A DNA stretch of 63,991 nucleotides, the filler included, from an uncultured bacterium (lineage in GTDB: Bacteria > Latescibacterota > UBA2968), in NCBI GenBank assembly GCA_964471275.1. It is 4 parts of 4 records of this genome, joined end to end, with 100 filler letters (N's around TTAATTAATTAA, not from the genome) between each part and the next. Parts side by side here need not be neighbours in the genome. Positions count along the whole stretch, not along the records: positions 57,692 to 63,991 come from CAYYGZ010000254.1; 3 more parts are not named here. The stretch is one strand, 5' to 3'. The first letter of the stretch is position 1. Each line of letters opens with the position of its first letter. The translations under genes and the position numbers were made by a program. Below are positions 62,527 to 63,991 of this stretch, in pieces. The notes below the pieces were generated by a model that was not told the origin of the DNA, searched no databases, and was given only the letters and a program-made list of their open reading frames with translations.

Positions 62527-63579
62527 TCAGATTTGAGTGCTACGACGGGCGTAGCTGTGGCAAAACTCTCTCGTGTGCTCGAAAACAGGCGGAAGCGGTC
62601 TGCCGTTGGGTAGCGACAGCCAGAGACGCATCATATGGCGTCTGAGGTCAGCGTCCTTGTCCTGGAATGCGGATCGTGCGTGCAGGATATCATAGTTGTT
62701 CGCAACGACAACGTCACCGGGTTCCATCGTAAATTGAAAAGCCAGTTCCTCGCAGATCCGGTCCATCAGGTCCAGCGCCTCAATCTGCTGAGATGTCAGC
62801 TTGGGAACATCAGGAAATCGTTGAGCCAGGTCGATATACTGGCGCTTGTACAGGACGTTGAGGTGATTCGCGTGGTATGTGTATATCGAGATTCGCTGAT
62901 ATGGGGGCGCTCCCGGACCTTCCTGGCCCCGAGCGTCGAAGTAGAAGGGCGTCTGGAGCACGGCAGCCAGATCCGGTCGGCGATTCAGGATCTCGTTGAA
63001 CACGGAGACGGCACTGACCAACTGCGACTCTCCGCCGGAGGGTGCGGCATGGTAACACAGTAGTGCGAGGGCGTCTGCGCCATCGTTGTGATAGTGGATC
63101 GGCAGGTTTGTCTGGTAGGCGCGAATGTTGTCAATCTCAAGATCCTGGCCCGTGTCCCTGACGTCGTGGAGAAGACTGCCTGACGCATCCTGCGGCTCCG
63201 GATACCCAAGGCGATGCCCCATGCCCCAAAGCATCGTTCGGGCAACATCCGCGGAAATGTCCTCGACCGGTAGAGAACGGATCAGCGCAAAACCAAGACC
63301 GCCTTCTAGTTGTGTGCGAAGTTTCTCGATCAGCTTGTCCCAGGTGGCAAGCGAGAAACTCTTGTGTGTTAACACCGGAGGCGTTTGTCCTGCAACTGAG
63401 ATCCTCGTGGCGATCGTGGTAAGTTCATCGATCTGGTCTCGAGCAAGCTCGAAGACCCAGCCGTCTCTTGTTTCGAGGTCTCTAGGGCGCCAGGCGGAGG
63501 GTGTTTGGACCGGTTGTGTCCGCAGGCCAGTAATCGTACAGGTTCCCGTCAATTTGGGGATCAAACCACGTTTGCTCAT
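62527..63579 (-). CDS. TauD/TfdA family 2-oxoglutarate/Fe(II) dioxygenase
   Basis: HND (HxD), GGESQLVS, NN..LHARSAF, RHMMRLW. Confidence 0.88.
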   Translation of the reverse strand: MSKRGLIPKLTGTCTITGLRTQPVQTPSAWRPRDLETRDGWVFELARDQIDELTTIATRISVAGQTPPVLTHKSFSLATWDKLIEKLRTQLEGGLGFALIRSLPVEDISADVARTMLWGMGHRLGYPEPQDASGSLLHDVRDTGQDLEIDNIRAYQTNLPIHYHNDGADALALLCYHAAPSGGESQLVSAVSVFNEILNRRPDLAAVLQTPFYFDARGQEGPGAPPYQRISIYTYHANHLNVLYKRQYIDLAQRFPDVPKLTSQQIEALDLMDRICEELAFQFTMEPGDVVVANNYDILHARSAFQDKDADLRRHMMRLWLSLPNGRPLPPVFEHTREFCHSYARRSTQI

Positions 63580-63991
63580 CGGAGCCGTCAGCGATTTCGG
63601 AAGGAGACCGACTTACTCAGAAGCTCACTAGATGTCAGCCTGCGCGATGTCCTGGTCAGGGTACCTGATGCAGATCGGGAATCGTGTCCGGTGTTCAGAG
63701 AATCCCCGTTGTGACCCAAGATAACCGGGACGGTACTCTTCAGGAGATCCCTCGTTTGCTACTTGAATTGTATGAGATTGGGCTGATCGGGAAACCGCGC
63801 GCAGAAAGAGAGTCGTTGTTACGCGTTACGTGGATCGGGTGGTTCCTCGAGCCGTCACTGCTGGCTGGACGCGCCCCGATGCACTATGTGATAGTAACGG
63901 AATCGAGATTCGGTGTCAAATCAGCGCAGGTGTAGTCTGGGGCATTCAACCATATGCCCAGATCCTTATCCATATGATCGAAATGGAAACG

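Overview
GC-rich bacterial DNA from a fragmented assembly. Four unrelated contigs (1-19418, 19519-38701, 38802-57591, 57692-63991) are joined by artificial 100-bp N/TTAATTAATTAA/N linkers, so gene neighbourhoods must not be read across them. Gene content (tandem URO-D-family paralogues, DUF6785-type membrane protein, sulfatases, glycoside hydrolases) suggests a polysaccharide-degrading heterotroph such as Latescibacterota or Poribacteria (inference only). Main items: (1) a D-apionate catabolic cluster built around a RuBisCO-like protein (ApnL, form IV RLP, apiosidase-like protein, nucleoside-hydrolase-fold protein, MFS, sulfatase, OiaK, ApnO); (2) an orphan MotA/ExbB + ExbD-like pair with an exported C-terminally anchored protein, converging on two membrane-anchored coiled-coil proteins and a sigma-70 factor; (3) four tandem URO-D/MtaA-like genes; (4) a probable 6S RNA after birA-coaX; (5) about 15 pseudogenes or gene fragments, some with internal deletions that point to real decay. 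No CRISPR array, rRNA or tRNA was seen. All calls come from motif recognition by eye; no database searches were run.
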